A stretch of 64,000 bases of DNA from Nitrospirota bacterium (GTDB lineage Bacteria > Nitrospirota > UBA9217), in the NCBI GenBank assembly GCA_963754875.1, contig CAVWHO010000014.1, positions 1 to 64,000 on the forward strand. Direction: 5' to 3'. Made by a program: the position numbers and the translations under genes. The notes under the pieces were generated by a model. It was not told the DNA's origin and made no database searches. It saw only the letters and a list, made by a program, of their open reading frames with translations. Positions 61,863 through 64,000 of the stretch are shown piece after piece (the first letter of the stretch is position 1; the number at the start of each line of letters is the position of its first letter).

Positions 61863-62795
61863 ATGGCGAGGATAAAAACCGTACTGGATTTGATCGGTAA
61901 TACGCCGCTGCTGAAACTCAACAGGCTGGCGTCCGAAGGCAGCGCCGAAGTCTGGGTAAAGCTTGAAGGCTTCAATCCCGGCGGGAGCGTGAAGGACCGG
62001 CCGGCCCTTGCCATGATCGAGGACGCCGAGAAAAAAGGAAAGCTCAAAAAAGGCATGACGATCGTTGAACCCACGAGCGGCAATACCGGCATCGGGCTCG
62101 CCATGGTCGCAGCGATCAAAGGCTATCGTCTCATCCTGACCATGCCCGAATCGATGTCTCTTGAGCGGCGCAAACTGCTCCAGGCCTACGGGGCCGAGCT
62201 GGTGCTGACGCCTGCGGCACAGGGAATGAAAGGCGCCACGACAAAAGCGGATGAGATTCTTGCCTCGGGCAGGGAATATTTCAAACCTGACCAGTTCGGG
62301 AATCCCGCGAACCCCCAAGTGCACCGCAGGACCACTGCCAAGGAGATCCTCGGGCAAATGGGCGCGAAAAAGATCGATGCCTTCGTGGCCGGTGTCGGTA
62401 CCGGAGGCACGATCACCGGTGTGGGCGAGGCGTTCCGAAAAAAATTCAAAAACATTACCATCGTTGCCGTCGAGCCGGCTGCCTCGCCGCTTCTTTCCGG
62501 CGGGCAGCCCGGTCCCCACACGATCCAGGGCATCGGCGCGAATTTTGTGCCGGTGATTTTGAACACCAAGATTTACGACGAGGTCATCACGGTCTCGAAC
62601 GAAGATGCAGCGGACACGACGCGGCGGCTTGCCCGGGAAGAGGGACTGCTCGTGGGCGTTTCTTCAGGCGCGGCGTGCTGGGCAGCGCTCCGGGTTGCGG
62701 CGCGGCTCGGCAAAGGCAAGCGGGTCGTGACGATTTTCCCCGATGTCGGTGAGCGCTATCTGACTACGGGGCTGTTCGAATTGAAGAACCCATGA
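61863..62795 (+). CDS. cysK: Cysteine synthase A
   Basis: NPGGSVKDR, EPTSGNTG, GVGTGGT and PDVGERYL. Confidence 0.96.
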   Translation: MARIKTVLDLIGNTPLLKLNRLASEGSAEVWVKLEGFNPGGSVKDRPALAMIEDAEKKGKLKKGMTIVEPTSGNTGIGLAMVAAIKGYRLILTMPESMSLERRKLLQAYGAELVLTPAAQGMKGATTKADEILASGREYFKPDQFGNPANPQVHRRTTAKEILGQMGAKKIDAFVAGVGTGGTITGVGEAFRKKFKNITIVAVEPAASPLLSGGQPGPHTIQGIGANFVPVILNTKIYDEVITVSNEDAADTTRRLAREEGLLVGVSSGAACWAALRVAARLGKGKRVVTIFPDVGERYLTTGLFELKNP

Positions 62796-63385
62796 AGGCT
62801 CTAGCGAACCGCGTCGGCAATATGCTGCGTCATCCCATAACCGAGTGGAAGTCGATCAAAGACGAACCGGCTACGTACCAGGACATTCTCTTTCGCTATG
62901 TCGCTGTCCTCTCAGTGCTCCCGCCTGCAGCAGCAATCGCGGGCCGATACCTTCTTGACCGAAAGATATCGGACAGCGCCATCCAGTCGTCCTTCGGGTA
63001 TATCGCATTCACTAACCTGCTCTGGTACTGCATGTATGTGCTTAATGTGGTCATCGCCGGTGCAGTCATTACGTCGATTATCACGACCTCTGAATCCCGC
63101 TGGAGCGGCCTCAAAGGATTCAAGATTGCGGCATACTCGTTCACTCCGTTTTTTATAGGGGGTTTGATCGCCGTTTTCCCAAAAATGGGCTGGATTGTTT
63201 ATGTTGCGATTTTCTACAGCATCTGCCTTCTGTATCAAGGTATCATCAGCCTCTCGAGTGTGGGACGCACGCGGGCTGTGGGGTATGCCATTGCTTCATT
63301 TCTTTCCGCCGCCGTCATCGTCAGCGTCATGAACATGTTTGAATATGTGCTGGAAACCTTTGTGACATCCAGGATGTCCCTATGA
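62792..63385 (+). CDS. Yip1-family membrane protein
   Basis: P.TEWKSI motif, about five TMs, AAYSFTP. Confidence 0.75.
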   Translation: MKALANRVGNMLRHPITEWKSIKDEPATYQDILFRYVAVLSVLPPAAAIAGRYLLDRKISDSAIQSSFGYIAFTNLLWYCMYVLNVVIAGAVITSIITTSESRWSGLKGFKIAAYSFTPFFIGGLIAVFPKMGWIVYVAIFYSICLLYQGIISLSSVGRTRAVGYAIASFLSAAVIVSVMNMFEYVLETFVTSRMSL

Positions 63386-64000
63386 ATCAGATGAACCCCA
63401 TCTATCTCGACTATAACGCCAGTACGCCTGTGGCCCCTCCGGTGCTTGAGGAGATGCTGCCGTATTTGAAGAACAAATTCGGCAATCCGTCGAGCAGCCA
63501 CAGCTTCGGCGTCGCTTGCAGGGCAGGTATCGAACAGGCGCGGGAGACGGCTTGCTCTCCTGCTCGGGTGCGAGGCGTCGGAGATCATTTTTACGAGCGG
63601 CGCCACGGAATCGAACAACATGGTGATCAAAGGAATCGCCAAGGCCGCGGGGAAAGGGAAGCACTTCATTACTTCTCGGATCGAGCATCCGGCAGTCCTG
63701 GAGCCCTGTCGCCACATCGAACGCTATGGATACCGCGTCACCTATCTCCCGGTTGACCGGCTTGGCATGGTGGACCCCAAGGACCTCGAAAAGGCGATCG
63801 CCCAGGACACCGTGCTTGTCACGATCATGCATTCGAACAATGAGGTCGGCACCATCCAGGACATTAAAGAACTTGCCCGGATCGCGTCGTCACGGGGCGT
63901 TTTGTTCCATACCGATGCAGCCCAGAGCGTCGGCAAGGTTCCCGCTGTCAATCGAGGACCTGGGCGTGGATTTTCTGACCGTGGCGGGCCATAAGTTCTA
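63382..64000 (+). CDS. Cysteine desulfurase (IscS/NifS family), partial and frameshifted
   Basis: IYLDYNASTP, FGNPSS, IEHPAV, HSNNEVG and HTDAAQ. Confidence 0.92.

Overview
The window looks like two unrelated bacterial genomes joined near position 40925. The left part (1 to ~40.9 kb) is very GC-rich and Acidobacteriota-like (inferred). It opens with two diverged head-to-tail copies of an IS4/IS701-like element, period 1776 bp. Each copy carries an AbrB-like ORF linked to the DDE transposase through an A8 slippery site and is followed by a 20-bp palindrome whose 16-bp core recurs alone at 11301. Next come transport and hydrolase genes, tRNA-Gly(CCC), and tRNA-Lys(TTT) with a decayed integrative island (integrase remnant, ImmA/IrrE protease with a membrane partner, MazF-like toxin, small basic protein). 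After those are rnr, ispF, bamD, thiG, ftsB, cutA and gcvT-H-PA-PB. The right part (~40.9 to 64 kb) is visibly less GC-rich and Nitrospirota/Deltaproteobacteria-like (inferred). It holds a truncated REC-PAS-GAF sensor with its regulator and kinase, a lipoate ligase, a lipid A acyltransferase, and a rhodanese-TolC-MFP-RND-crotonase-CBS-DUF2892-zinc-ribbon operon with a sigma54-like promoter and a structured leader. It ends with a TPR gene, recN, ferredoxin with a VorB-like subunit, cysK, Yip1 and a partial cysteine desulfurase. Many genes carry single frameshifts that are probably sequencing indels. No CRISPR array or rRNA was seen.
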